Positions 20,810-30,425 of a DNA stretch of 64,000 bases are shown here, one piece after another. The stretch lies in NCBI RefSeq assembly GCF_003019035.1, contig NZ_CP027447.1. One strand, 5' to 3'. The notes beneath the pieces were generated by a model that did no database searches, was not told the DNA's origin, and worked only from the letters and a program-made list of their open reading frames with translations. This DNA comes from Escherichia coli. Lineage in GTDB: Bacteria > Pseudomonadota > Gammaproteobacteria > Enterobacterales > Enterobacteriaceae. Each line of letters starts with the position of its first letter. Within the stretch, counting starts at the first letter, position 1. The translations under genes and the position numbers were made by a program.

Positions 20810-21079
20810 GTGCGGGCTAAAACAGGTATTTGCAAGAACCCTCATCGTTATAATCCAACATTTCTGTCTCTCCCTGAATATCAAGGACAAGAAGGTCGGC
20901 ACAAATGCGCTGCCTGTGCTTTTGAGCTAGGCATAAAAGATGCGCTTGAAGGACGCGCTATGGCTCAGAATGATTTAGTTTTAGCTAACATTCCGTTTAG
21001 CCAGGCTGGAACTGTAAGGCACAGAGATGCCTATGAAGCATATGTTCGTGGTTGGCGATTAATACACAGCAACAATTGA
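20810..21079 (+). CDS. Hypothetical 89-aa Cys/His-containing protein (prophage cargo)
   Basis: GTG start with GAGG 8 nt upstream; CKNPHRY...HKCAACAF suggests metal binding; followed by a clean intrinsic terminator. Confidence 0.5.
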   Translation: MRAKTGICKNPHRYNPTFLSLPEYQGQEGRHKCAACAFELGIKDALEGRAMAQNDLVLANIPFSQAGTVRHRDAYEAYVRGWRLIHSNN

Positions 21080-21087
21080 TACTTTTG

Positions 21088-21112
21088 AAGCGCCGATAAG
21101 GCGCTTTTTTTG
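21088..21112 (+). terminator. Rho-independent terminator
   Basis: AAGCGCC-loop-GGCGCTT stem followed by TTTTTTT directly after stop at 21079. Confidence 0.6.
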
Positions 21113-21565
21113 TTTGCACGATAGTGCACAAGTTTGCACAATTTTTTTGAACGACTTTTTGTACTTCCGGCCCGCGTGGTGGCTGGATCCGTCAAGGATC
21201 CGTACGTGCACAAAAATACGCGTTTTTTCTGCGCGCAGGTGACGGGGGAACAGCCCGCGTTTCAGGGGGTAAATAGCATTCCCTTAACGATGTCGCAGCG
21301 ACATGACAGAATGGCCGTATTTCTCACGCTGAGCGTGAAAAATACGTGAGGGATTCTGCTTTGATGGGGTGAAAGGTAAGGCCGTCAAAATCGCACTGAG
21401 GCGGCGAGAACATGCAGTCAGCGCAGTGGGATTGCGTAAGAGTCTGACCGTCGATGATGGCAATAAGCAGGAAAGCGTCGTGAAATTATCTGACTGATAC
21501 AGGAGCTGGAGAGTCGGGGCATAAATTTTTTATGCCCCGGCGAAGCAGCAGACAAGCGAAGCGCG

Positions 21566-22612
21566 TCAGGATGTGGGCTGGGTATCTAACAGTGCGTAAG
21601 GGTTAAAGCGGATCACCTCTTCGCCAAGCCAGTCATTGATGTGCTTCATGGCCTCCATGACGGGCATCAGCTCGTTAATTGCGTAAACCCGCGCGGCCTT
21701 CTCCACATCACCAAACGCACTTTTTTCGCCCGGCATCGCCCCCATCAGTTGCGGCGGAACGCGGTGCGCAGCCAGCACATCATCACGGGATGCCGCCTTA
21801 ACATTCATGAACTCATCTTTTGCGGTGATCTGCTGGAACGGCAAAATTTGCACCCCCTCTTTGCCCCCGTTGGGCGCATGAATGAGCACGTTTTTAAACG
21901 CACCACCACCACGTGCCCCCTGTAGCGTTTCTTTCAGGGAGTCCATGCTTTCGCGGTTTACCTGCGCTGCACCGATGTAGATGATGCACCCGGCGTGGGA
22001 TCCGTTGTCGTAGTACAGTTTTCTGAACATGTCCGCTGAATGAGAAAGGCTGGCCGAGAGTAATGCGCCAAGATATTCCGGCATGCCGTAGATTTCCTGG
22101 TTAATATCCGGATTCATCAGGTGGCACACTTTGCCAGGACGAAACTGGAACGCGTCCTTGCCATCCTGCACATACCACCATGATTCAAGATCGCTTCCGC
22201 GTCGCATGTATTTCGCCAGGGCGTGCCGTAATTTAAGCGGTTCGCCGAGCATATTGCTTCGAAGCTCAAGGAATGCGTTACCGAACACAAACCAGTCCAG
22301 CGCCAGCGCCGAGAAATCCTGCCGGGAAAGCAGCGGGTGCGGGATGTAGCAACCGAGTAATACATTGCGCTTAAAGTAAAGCGCAGACTGATGCCAGGAC
22401 GTTTGCCGGGCAGCTCTTGCCAGACCGTACCAGTCCACCGGGGTTTCATACCACCGCCCGTTATCAGCACAGTACATATTGTCCAGCAGGTCATGCCCGG
22501 TCAGGCGATAAGGACCATCAAATGTGAATGCACTGAGCGATGATTCTTTCCTGAGCGCATCAGCGAGATCAATGCGTGAACTCATGCGCACTTTTTTATT
22601 TTTTCTGCTCAT
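21566..22612 (-). CDS. Portal protein (P2 gpQ-like)
   Basis: 348 aa; position and size as P2 Q, co-oriented and coupled with terminase gene. Confidence 0.9.
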   Translation of the reverse strand: MSRKNKKVRMSSRIDLADALRKESSLSAFTFDGPYRLTGHDLLDNMYCADNGRWYETPVDWYGLARAARQTSWHQSALYFKRNVLLGCYIPHPLLSRQDFSALALDWFVFGNAFLELRSNMLGEPLKLRHALAKYMRRGSDLESWWYVQDGKDAFQFRPGKVCHLMNPDINQEIYGMPEYLGALLSASLSHSADMFRKLYYDNGSHAGCIIYIGAAQVNRESMDSLKETLQGARGGGAFKNVLIHAPNGGKEGVQILPFQQITAKDEFMNVKAASRDDVLAAHRVPPQLMGAMPGEKSAFGDVEKAARVYAINELMPVMEAMKHINDWLGEEVIRFNPYALLDTQPTS

Positions 22613-24363
22613 CAGAACTCCATAACCGTGAAACGCTCGTTTTCTCCTTCGCCGCCAATCGGTTCGTTAATGACAGCAAGCATGGTTGCCCACGCAAGGT
22701 CGCCGTGGCTGATCCCCCTCGCTCGGTCCGTTTCGTAAGTGATAAAGCCGCCCGGTGTTTTCACCTTACGCACGGCGTTAAAGGCCGCGACCAGCTCGCG
22801 TTCGGCGCGATCGTATTCCCACCGCCCGGCACGCATTATTTGCAGCATTTTCAGTACCAGCGACCGTTTTGATGACAGCGTGAAGGTGTACGGAATAGCA
22901 GCAGGGAAAAACCGCTTCACTATCTGATAAACAGCCTCCCCGTTCCCGCCCGTCACATCAATGCCGATGTGTTCCACGTTGTAGCGATACGTGAACTCTT
23001 CAATGACTCTGGCCTGTTCTTCAAACTCCAGCCCCTGAACGCGTCGCGTCTCCACCGTTCGAAAACGGCCACCAGGAACAGCCGGAGGAACCACCACGGA
23101 CACAGCGCCGCTGTCGCCGTTGCCACTACTGCCGTTTGCGTCATACCCAATCCATACCGGACGATTCCCCATCGGGCGGGGAGCAAAAGGTTTCCAGTCT
23201 TTCCAGTCGTCGTATCCGTCAACACCACAGCCAATCAGGATATTCAGGTTAAATGCCGATTCCCCTTCGCGGACAAACTCACACATATAGAGATTGAGGA
23301 ACTCGTCTTCGGTGTTTTCATCACGAATTTCATCAATATCGGTGTGTTTCCAGCCGTGATTAACCACATCTTCCAGCGTGACAATTTGCCGCCACGTCCG
23401 GTCAGGGCAGATAAGCCCGTTATGCAGCGTTTTCCAGTCCACAGAAAAACGCTGGCGTTTATGCGTGGCCTTTTTCTCGTTCCAGCGGTCGCCGTTCCAG
23501 TAGGCGTATGCCTCGTGCGTTTCGGTGGATGGCGTGGAGAAGTAGGTGCGCCGCAGTCCGCTGAGGGTTGCCATAGCGCCAGCCACCTTGCGCAGTTCAG
23601 CAAAGCGACTGACCCAGAAAAATTCATCAAAATAAAAATTGCCCGTATAGGACTGTGCCGACGCAGCAGAAGTGCCGAGAAAATGCAGCTCTGCGCCGTT
23701 GGAGAGGATGATTTTATCACCCCCTTTCAGCTCCACATCAACTTCAGCCGCGGCCTTCTGAATAATGCTTTTAAACTGGAACGCCTGACGACGCGACGCA
23801 GACAAAAAAATCTGGTTACGCTGGTAAGGTTGCGCCACATCGTCACGCAGCGCCATCAGCAGCGCTTCCTGTGCAAAATACCAGGTCGCCCCAATCTGTC
23901 GGGATTTCAGGATCATCCTGTTACGTATCCCGGCTTCCCTGCAAAGGGTCAGGGAGTCAAACCAGCCCCGCTGATGCCACTCCAGCCTGCTGATGATTTT
24001 TTCCCGCAGTGCGGCAATCTGTTCCGGCGTGAAATGATTTTTGAGTTTTTTCGCCCGGCCTTTCTTTCCTGCGGCCATCACATCCGGCTGGCCATCATGC
24101 AGCTTTTTAAGCTGCCGGGTCAGCAGGTCTATTTCCTTAAAGTCACCGCCTGTTTTATTCTGTTTTTCAGTAAGCTGGATGAGGCGCGCATCGATGGACT
24201 GCGTGACACGCTGCACGGGTGGCGTTTCATCCCACTGGTCACGTTTTTTCCACGCATAAATCGTGTTCGGGTTTATTCCCATCAGACGTGATATTTCTGC
24301 GGGCGGATAACCCTGCCAGTAAAGTTGCCGCGCACGCTGGCGCACAAAAGCGTCCTGAATCAT
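22612..24363 (-). CDS. Terminase large (ATPase) subunit (P2 gpP-like)
   Basis: 583 aa; P-Q leftward operon divergent from capsid operon as in P2. Confidence 0.9.
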   Translation of the reverse strand: MIQDAFVRQRARQLYWQGYPPAEISRLMGINPNTIYAWKKRDQWDETPPVQRVTQSIDARLIQLTEKQNKTGGDFKEIDLLTRQLKKLHDGQPDVMAAGKKGRAKKLKNHFTPEQIAALREKIISRLEWHQRGWFDSLTLCREAGIRNRMILKSRQIGATWYFAQEALLMALRDDVAQPYQRNQIFLSASRRQAFQFKSIIQKAAAEVDVELKGGDKIILSNGAELHFLGTSAASAQSYTGNFYFDEFFWVSRFAELRKVAGAMATLSGLRRTYFSTPSTETHEAYAYWNGDRWNEKKATHKRQRFSVDWKTLHNGLICPDRTWRQIVTLEDVVNHGWKHTDIDEIRDENTEDEFLNLYMCEFVREGESAFNLNILIGCGVDGYDDWKDWKPFAPRPMGNRPVWIGYDANGSSGNGDSGAVSVVVPPAVPGGRFRTVETRRVQGLEFEEQARVIEEFTYRYNVEHIGIDVTGGNGEAVYQIVKRFFPAAIPYTFTLSSKRSLVLKMLQIMRAGRWEYDRAERELVAAFNAVRKVKTPGGFITYETDRARGISHGDLAWATMLAVINEPIGGEGENERFTVMEF

Positions 24364-24517
24364 TGCTCCCCCTGAGTAATTACAGGAAGATTACCCGCGC
24401 GCGAAACTGTTCTCCTTAACCCCCTGTTCTGGCCGTTTTCTTACAACAAAAGCCCTTTGTATCAGCCTGTTACGCTTTGCCATCATGACTGAAGAACCAG
24501 TCAGAGGGGCAAAAACT

Positions 24518-25354
24518 ATGGCTAATGAAAAAAAGACATCCCGCAAAAAGTTTCGCGTGGCTGTCTCCGGATCAACTGTTGATGGCCGTGAAATCAGTCC
24601 GGTGCATCTGCGTGAAGCCGCCGAGAACTTCAACCCGGATGTTTACGCTGCCCGCGTGAACGTTGAGCACTATCTCTCGCCATGCCCGTCAAGCGAATTT
24701 TCCGCAATGGGCGATGTCACCGCACTGAGTACGGAAGACATTACGGAAGGTCCGCTGGCCGGACGTACTGCGCTGTATGCAGAAATCGAACCGACCGAGC
24801 GCATGAAGCAGCTTGTCGCGGACGGCAAGAAAATCTATTCCAGTATCGAACTGCACCCGCAGTTCTCCGTTAACGGGCGCGCCTATCTGGTCGGGCTGGC
24901 GATGACCGACACCCCGGCAAGCCTGGGCACTGAGCGCCTGAAATTCACGGCACAGCAACGTCAGGCGGTAATGACGTTCAACAGTATCCAGGGTGAAGCG
25001 CCGCTTATTTCCGAAGCCATCGAGTCTGAAATCATCGAAATGGCAGAACAACGCCAGGAAGAAGGCACCCAGTGGTTTAACCGCGTAATGGGGATTATTG
25101 GCCGTGGCCGCAAAGCGGATGACGCCAGTTTTTCCCGTATTCAGGAAGCGGTGGAAGGCGTCGCAACGTCACAGGCCGACATTATCGACCGTTTTAATGT
25201 GCTGGAAACCCGCCATCAGCAGGACAGCCAGAAAATTACGTCACTGACCACAGAGCTGGCAGCACTGAAGGAAAAACTGCGCACGCAGGACGGCGATCCG
25301 CAGAACCGGTTCACCGCAACAGGTGCAGCCTCCGACCAGCTGGCTGACTTCTGA
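24518..25354 (+). CDS. Capsid scaffolding protein (P2 gpO-like)
   Basis: start at MANEKK with upstream GAGGGG; first gene of rightward capsid operon. Confidence 0.85.
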   Translation: MANEKKTSRKKFRVAVSGSTVDGREISPVHLREAAENFNPDVYAARVNVEHYLSPCPSSEFSAMGDVTALSTEDITEGPLAGRTALYAEIEPTERMKQLVADGKKIYSSIELHPQFSVNGRAYLVGLAMTDTPASLGTERLKFTAQQRQAVMTFNSIQGEAPLISEAIESEIIEMAEQRQEEGTQWFNRVMGIIGRGRKADDASFSRIQEAVEGVATSQADIIDRFNVLETRHQQDSQKITSLTTELAALKEKLRTQDGDPQNRFTATGAASDQLADF

Positions 25355-25377
25355 TAAGACAAAGGAGCAAATTTTTT

Positions 25378-26430
25378 ATGAATCTGGTGATGTCAGATAT
25401 TACCCGCAACAAGCTGGGTTGCTATATGGCGCAGCAGGCGTCGCTTAATAATATTCCGGTTTCCGCACTGGTATCGCGATTTACCGTGGAACCCTCGGTG
25501 CAGCAGCGTTTTGAAAACGCCTCAAAGGAAAGCACCGAATTTACAAAAAGAATTAACGTGATCGGCGTGACCGACCAGAAAGGCGAAAAAATCCTCCCGG
25601 ACACCACCGGGCCAATTGCACGCACGAATACCAGTTATGACGGCACAAAACGCCGTAACCCGAATAACGTGGTTGATCTGAAAAACCGCAAATACCAGTG
25701 CGAACAGGTGAACTACGACACGTTTATTTCATATCCGCAGCTTGATGCCTGGGCGGCACATCCTGATTTTCAGTCCCGCATCAGCGCACAGATTGCCCGA
25801 CAGGTGGCGCTTGACCGCATCATGATCGGTTTCAACGGCACGTCTCACGCGGATGAGTCCAACTTCAGCACCAACAAGCTGCTTCAGGACGTTAACGTGG
25901 GATGGCTGGAGCACATCAGAACCGACGCCAGCGAACGCGTTATGAATGACGTGACGCTGACCTCCCGCAACATGGACAACACCGTGGCGCACGCGGGTAA
26001 GTATGCGAACGCTGATGCACTGGTACAGGACGCGCGTTCATCCCTGCTGGATGAATGGCACAAGGAAGCTGACGACCTTGTGGTGATTATGGGGCGCAAC
26101 CTGTTTAACTCGCTGCGTCTGCCCGTGCTGAACAGCATCAGCGGCCAGAATCCCAATGCGGAATTACTTGCCGGGCAGCTCATCCTGTCATCGCGCACCA
26201 TTGGCGGGCTGGGCGTGTTCCTTGCGCCGTTCTTCCCGGATGCAACGATGCTGATCACCTCGTTCAACAACCTGTCGATTTACTGGCAGAAAGGTTCAAT
26301 GCGTCGCCTGATGAAAGACGAGCCGGAATACAACCGCATCGCCACCTACCAGTCCATCAATGACGCTAATGTCGTTGAAGACTATGGCAAGTGCGCGATG
26401 GTCACTGGCCTGAAGTTCGCCGACAGCTAA
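25378..26430 (+). CDS. Major capsid protein (P2 gpN-like)
   Basis: 350-aa ORF (true start may be an internal Met); RFTVEPSV...RINV motifs as in P2 N. Confidence 0.9.
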   Translation: MNLVMSDITRNKLGCYMAQQASLNNIPVSALVSRFTVEPSVQQRFENASKESTEFTKRINVIGVTDQKGEKILPDTTGPIARTNTSYDGTKRRNPNNVVDLKNRKYQCEQVNYDTFISYPQLDAWAAHPDFQSRISAQIARQVALDRIMIGFNGTSHADESNFSTNKLLQDVNVGWLEHIRTDASERVMNDVTLTSRNMDNTVAHAGKYANADALVQDARSSLLDEWHKEADDLVVIMGRNLFNSLRLPVLNSISGQNPNAELLAGQLILSSRTIGGLGVFLAPFFPDATMLITSFNNLSIYWQKGSMRRLMKDEPEYNRIATYQSINDANVVEDYGKCAMVTGLKFADS

Positions 26431-26475
26431 TCAACTCACGGCGGGCATCATGCCCGCCAGTAACGGAGAGAACAA

Positions 26476-27276
26476 ATGATTACTCCTGCACAGCAACACT
26501 GGCAGAACGTGATGGCACAGCGCGCAGGCCGGGCGAATGAAGGCGTGGACCACGCCGCGCGTACCGCGCATGAAGAGGTGCTGTATCGTCTGCGTCTGGC
26601 ACAGGCCCGGCTTAAGGGCGTACAGGCCAGAAGCGCGAAAGCCGCCATCAAAAAAGAGTTGTTGCCGGATTTTTCCGGCTGGATTGAGGGAACGCTGGAG
26701 GCTGACGGCGGGCAGCAGGATGAAGTGATTGCCACGCTGATGGTGTGGGCGATTGACTGTGGCGATCTTCCGCTTGCGCTGCGTATCGGCGCGTATGTGG
26801 TCCGTCACAACCTCATCATGCCGGATAACTTTGGCCGTACTGCTGCCACGGTACTGACCGAAGAAATCTGTAATCCGGTACTGACGCAGGCCGGGACGGA
26901 TGCCGACGCGGATTTGTCCGCCTTTATCGAACCACTGGACACCCTCCGGGAGATTGTCACCGACCAGGACATGCCGGACGAAGTGCGCGCCAAATTATGC
27001 AAAGCGTGCGCCTTTGCCCGCCGTGGCCTGAGTGATGCGGACAGCATGGCCCTGTCACTGAAGCTGCTGCGCGAAGCAATGCACCTGAACCCGAACGCAG
27101 GTGTGAAACGCGAGATTGCAACCCTTTCCCGCGCCCTGAAAAAAGCCGATTCCGCAGCCGCACCAGAAGACGCCAGCGCACAGCAGGCGCAGGACGAAAG
27201 CAGCAAAAGTAAAAAGACAACGCGGAAGCCTGCAACACGAAAAACCACCGCGACGCAGAAGGCGAAGCGCGGTTAA
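26476..27276 (+). CDS. Terminase endonuclease (small) subunit (P2 gpM-like)
   Basis: 266 aa; ELLP.F..W......L...GG.QD and DMPDEVRAKL resemble P2 M; basic C-terminal tail. Confidence 0.85.
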   Translation: MITPAQQHWQNVMAQRAGRANEGVDHAARTAHEEVLYRLRLAQARLKGVQARSAKAAIKKELLPDFSGWIEGTLEADGGQQDEVIATLMVWAIDCGDLPLALRIGAYVVRHNLIMPDNFGRTAATVLTEEICNPVLTQAGTDADADLSAFIEPLDTLREIVTDQDMPDEVRAKLCKACAFARRGLSDADSMALSLKLLREAMHLNPNAGVKREIATLSRALKKADSAAAPEDASAQQAQDESSKSKKTTRKPATRKTTATQKAKRG

Positions 27277-27368
27277 CGACTGACCCCGTCAGCGGGCGGC
27301 GTGCGCGGTGTTCCGGTTTGACTCCGTGACCGTTTACACCGCGCACCCACCGCCCGATTTTTTCAGGA

Positions 27369-27872
27369 GTGAACCCCATGAGTATGGTTGCCAGAACCAA
27401 CCCCGGACCCGCAGAGGACGACATCACCGATACCGATGATGGTGATACCCGTATTTCAGCGGGTGCATTCTGGCCGGATATTGTGCTGCGTGAACTGCGT
27501 CTGGCGGTACGACTGCCGGGGCGCGTGACCACCTCCCGCCTGCTGCATACCGCCACCGGAGCTGTGGCACACGTTACCCGCGAGCTGGAAGCATGGCAGC
27601 AGGAACAGCAGGCGGCTGGCCATCAGACGCTGGCCGATGTTCCGGCACCCGTAATTAACGGAGAAAGCGTCAATCTCTGGCACTGGCGCAATGCTGTTTA
27701 TACCGCCACACGCGCCCTGATTCTGGAGCGTTACCGCGATGCGGACACAACGGACAAGGGCGACCGCCGGGCGGACGCACTGGATATACAGACATCGGAT
27801 TTGTGGCGCGATGTGAGCTGGGCCATCTCTGACATTCTGTGCCGCCCGCGAATCTTTGCGGAGTTGTGCTGA
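27369..27872 (+). CDS. Head completion/stabilisation protein (P2 gpL-like)
   Basis: 167 aa, position after gpM. Confidence 0.8.
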   Translation: MNPMSMVARTNPGPAEDDITDTDDGDTRISAGAFWPDIVLRELRLAVRLPGRVTTSRLLHTATGAVAHVTRELEAWQQEQQAAGHQTLADVPAPVINGESVNLWHWRNAVYTATRALILERYRDADTTDKGDRRADALDIQTSDLWRDVSWAISDILCRPRIFAELC

Positions 27873-28072
27873 TGAAAGTGAAGGCACTGGAAGGCGACAC
27901 CGTGGATTCGCTCTGTTTCCGGTACTACGGCACGACGCAGGGCGTCACCGAAAAGGTGCTGGATGCCAACCCCGGACTCTGTCAGCAGGTATTTCTGGAC
28001 GCCGGGCAGGAAGTGGAGATGCCGGAGCCGGAGAAGAAGAAACGAGAAATGATTCAGTTGTGGGGGGAGTAG
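27872..28072 (+). CDS. Tail protein X (P2 gpX-like)
   Basis: 66 aa from MKVKALEGDTVDSLCFRYYG, resembles P2 X; ATG overlaps gpL stop. Confidence 0.7.
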   Translation: MKVKALEGDTVDSLCFRYYGTTQGVTEKVLDANPGLCQQVFLDAGQEVEMPEPEKKKREMIQLWGE

Positions 28073-28074
28073 CA

Positions 28075-28398
28075 GTGAGCACCATTCAAACAGGGATCAC
28101 AGAGCAGGTTATTGCGTGGCTCTTTGACCACCTGCCAACGGTGTATGCAGTAGGCGCGGCGGTCAGCATTTCCGCGCTGATGAGTCTTTATGACGGACGA
28201 ACACTGGTTCAGACCGTAACGGGATCGCTGGCGTGCGGCGTTCTTGCCATGGCCGTGGCCGGGTCGTTGCGCTTCTTCGGTTTTCCTGAAGATGCCGTGA
28301 CGTTTATTGGCGCATCAATCGGTTTTATGGGCGCAGAGAAAGCACGCGACAAGGTTATTGCAGCCTTTAATCGCAGGGTGAAGGAGAAGGACGAATGA
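28075..28398 (+). CDS. Holin (P2 gpY-like)
   Basis: about 107 aa from GTG, two or three TM segments, charged C-terminus; precedes endolysin. Confidence 0.55.
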   Translation: MSTIQTGITEQVIAWLFDHLPTVYAVGAAVSISALMSLYDGRTLVQTVTGSLACGVLAMAVAGSLRFFGFPEDAVTFIGASIGFMGAEKARDKVIAAFNRRVKEKDE

Positions 28399-28787
28399 GC
28401 AACACATTTAAATTCAGCAGCCGGAGCGAAAAGAATTTGCAGGGCGTAAATCCTGATCTGGTGAAAGTGACCCGACGGGCACTGGAAATTTCGGAAGTGG
28501 ATTTTGGTATCACCGAAGGGTTGCGCAGCCGTTACCGCCAGAAGCAACTTGTGGCCACAGGTAAGAGCCAGACCATGAACAGCCGCCACCTTACGGGGCA
28601 TGCCGTGGATGTTGTGGCTTATATCGGCAGCCAGGTGTCATGGGAATGGCCGCTGTACGAAAAAATCGCAGCAGCATTCAGACAGGCCAGCCGGGAGCTG
28701 AATATTCCGGTGGAATGGGGCGGCGACTGGAAGACCCTGAAAGACGGACCGCATTTTCAGTTGCCACACGGAGCCTATCCGGCATGA
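28395..28787 (+). CDS. Endolysin, peptidase M15-type (L-alanyl-D-glutamate peptidase-like)
   Basis: 130 aa with SRH...D...H zinc-peptidase arrangement; replaces the lysozyme K of P2. Confidence 0.8.
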   Translation: MSNTFKFSSRSEKNLQGVNPDLVKVTRRALEISEVDFGITEGLRSRYRQKQLVATGKSQTMNSRHLTGHAVDVVAYIGSQVSWEWPLYEKIAAAFRQASRELNIPVEWGGDWKTLKDGPHFQLPHGAYPA

Positions 28788-29311
28788 AGCTCTGGCCCAC
28801 GCTTGGCGTCGCTTTCCTTCTGATTGCCGGATGGGGAACATCCATGCGTCTGTCGTGGTCACTGGGCCGGGAGAACGCCAGAAACGAAGCGCAGGCCAGC
28901 GCCCTGAAAAGCACCGTCGACACCCTGAATATCATCAGCGCCGGGGTACAGGATATGCAGCAGGTGCTGGCGCAACTCCGCGTGGAAAATCAACAGAGAA
29001 ATCAGGACGGAGAGGCCAGACGTGAACAGCTACGCAACGATATTGCAAAAGATGAATGCGCCCACGCTTTGCCTGACGCTCGTTTTACTGACAGGTTGCG
29101 CAGGCACGCAGAACGCGCCACTGCCAGCGCCGTCAGTCCGGCTTATACCGCAGACGCTGACCATACCGGTAACGCCTCCCCCCCTTCCCTGACACTCCCA
29201 CATGGGGAAATCTCGGTATATGGGGCGACCGCCTTCTGGATGCACTGGAAACCTGTAACGCTGATAAACGGGCCATTGAATTACTGGAACAGCGCAGGCT
29301 GCAACGACTGA
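28784..29311 (+). CDS. Rz-like i-spanin
   Basis: start MKLWPTLGVAFLLIAG (N-terminal TM), coiled-coil-rich; ATG overlaps endolysin stop. Confidence 0.6.
   Translation: MKLWPTLGVAFLLIAGWGTSMRLSWSLGRENARNEAQASALKSTVDTLNIISAGVQDMQQVLAQLRVENQQRNQDGEARREQLRNDIAKDECAHALPDARFTDRLRRHAERATASAVSPAYTADADHTGNASPPSLTLPHGEISVYGATAFWMHWKPVTLINGPLNYWNSAGCND
29051..29191 (+). CDS. Rz1-like o-spanin lipoprotein, embedded in +1 frame of the i-spanin gene
   Basis: 46 aa, lipobox LLTGC, Pro-rich mature part; not in ORF track because under 60 aa. Confidence 0.45.
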
Positions 29312-29329
29312 ACAACGAGGATAACAACC

Positions 29330-29797
29330 ATGCTGAAAACTGATTCCCTGCGTGAAGCCATGACCCGTTCATGCCGATGGTGTCAGGCCAACCCGGAAAA
29401 ATTCACCATTTTCGTGGAGAGCGGCAACATTGAAACGACCGGAGAAACCCCATCGTTTGTTTACCACTATCAGATGGTGATGTTTGTCATGGATTACGCC
29501 GGAGAGCTGGACGACCTCACGCTGCCGCTGCTGGCGTGGTTATCCGAAAATCAGCCACAGTTGTTGCTCAATCCGGAGCGTAATCAGGACATCAAATTTT
29601 CTGCCGTTATCAATGACGATGACAGCGCCGATCTCCTGTTTACGCTCCCCCTGCGGGAACGCGTTCGCATCACGCGCAGCAGTCAGGGTACACCGCAGGC
29701 AGAACACCTGCCGGAGCCAAAACCCCGCCTGCCCTCTTCCGAAGGCGACTGGTCGCATGTATTCCAGGATGTGACGTGGAGTGAAAGCGATGGATAA
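29330..29797 (+). CDS. Tail completion protein R (P2 gpR-like)
   Basis: 155 aa, same length and position as P2 R. Confidence 0.8.
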   Translation: MLKTDSLREAMTRSCRWCQANPEKFTIFVESGNIETTGETPSFVYHYQMVMFVMDYAGELDDLTLPLLAWLSENQPQLLLNPERNQDIKFSAVINDDDSADLLFTLPLRERVRITRSSQGTPQAEHLPEPKPRLPSSEGDWSHVFQDVTWSESDG

Positions 29798-30425
29798 GGC
29801 ATTCATCCGCGTGGATAAAACCTTTGAGGCCATCCGCGACAGCCTGAATCAGCAGGCCATCAATAACATCGCCAGAAAGCTGGCACAGGATTTACGCCGC
29901 GCCCAGCAGGCGCGCATCCGGTCACAGAAAGCGCCAGACGGGACCGCATGGACACCACGCAGACGCCGCGCAACCCGGATACAGGAACGCATTCGCTTTA
30001 TCTGGAATAACGAAGCACGCACGCTGAAAAACTGGCATCACGACACGGGGAAATACGGGCGAACCATTACCGGGTGGGATGAGGATAAAAACAATATCCG
30101 CACGTTTTATCGGGATGACATCGACCGTTTTCTGGAAATACGCACCCGGCGCATCAACCAGGACAGCACAAAGCGCGTCCCCATGTTCGTAAAACTGCGC
30201 ACCGCCCGCTACCTGAAAGCCCGTGCAGATGCTTCCGGTGTGACGGTGGGTTACAGCGGCGTAGCCGCACGTATTGCCCGCGTTCATCAGTACGGTGAGC
30301 GCGATCAGGTTGCGCCGGGCATTTTCACCGATTACCCGGTACGTGAGCTGCTGGGTATCAGCCAGGCAGATGAGCGCCTGATTTATAACACGGTGCTGGG
30401 CCGGATTGCGGAGGCTGTACGGTGA
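29781..30425 (+). CDS. Tail completion / virion morphogenesis protein S (P2 gpS-like)
   Basis: position between R and V; basic N-terminal region. Confidence 0.75.
   Translation: MKAMDKAFIRVDKTFEAIRDSLNQQAINNIARKLAQDLRRAQQARIRSQKAPDGTAWTPRRRRATRIQERIRFIWNNEARTLKNWHHDTGKYGRTITGWDEDKNNIRTFYRDDIDRFLEIRTRRINQDSTKRVPMFVKLRTARYLKARADASGVTVGYSGVAARIARVHQYGERDQVAPGIFTDYPVRELLGISQADERLIYNTVLGRIAEAVR

Noticed and set aside
22969-24291. 440-aa plus-strand ORF
   Set aside because: Fully antisense to the terminase large subunit gene; long only because of codon bias on the opposite strand
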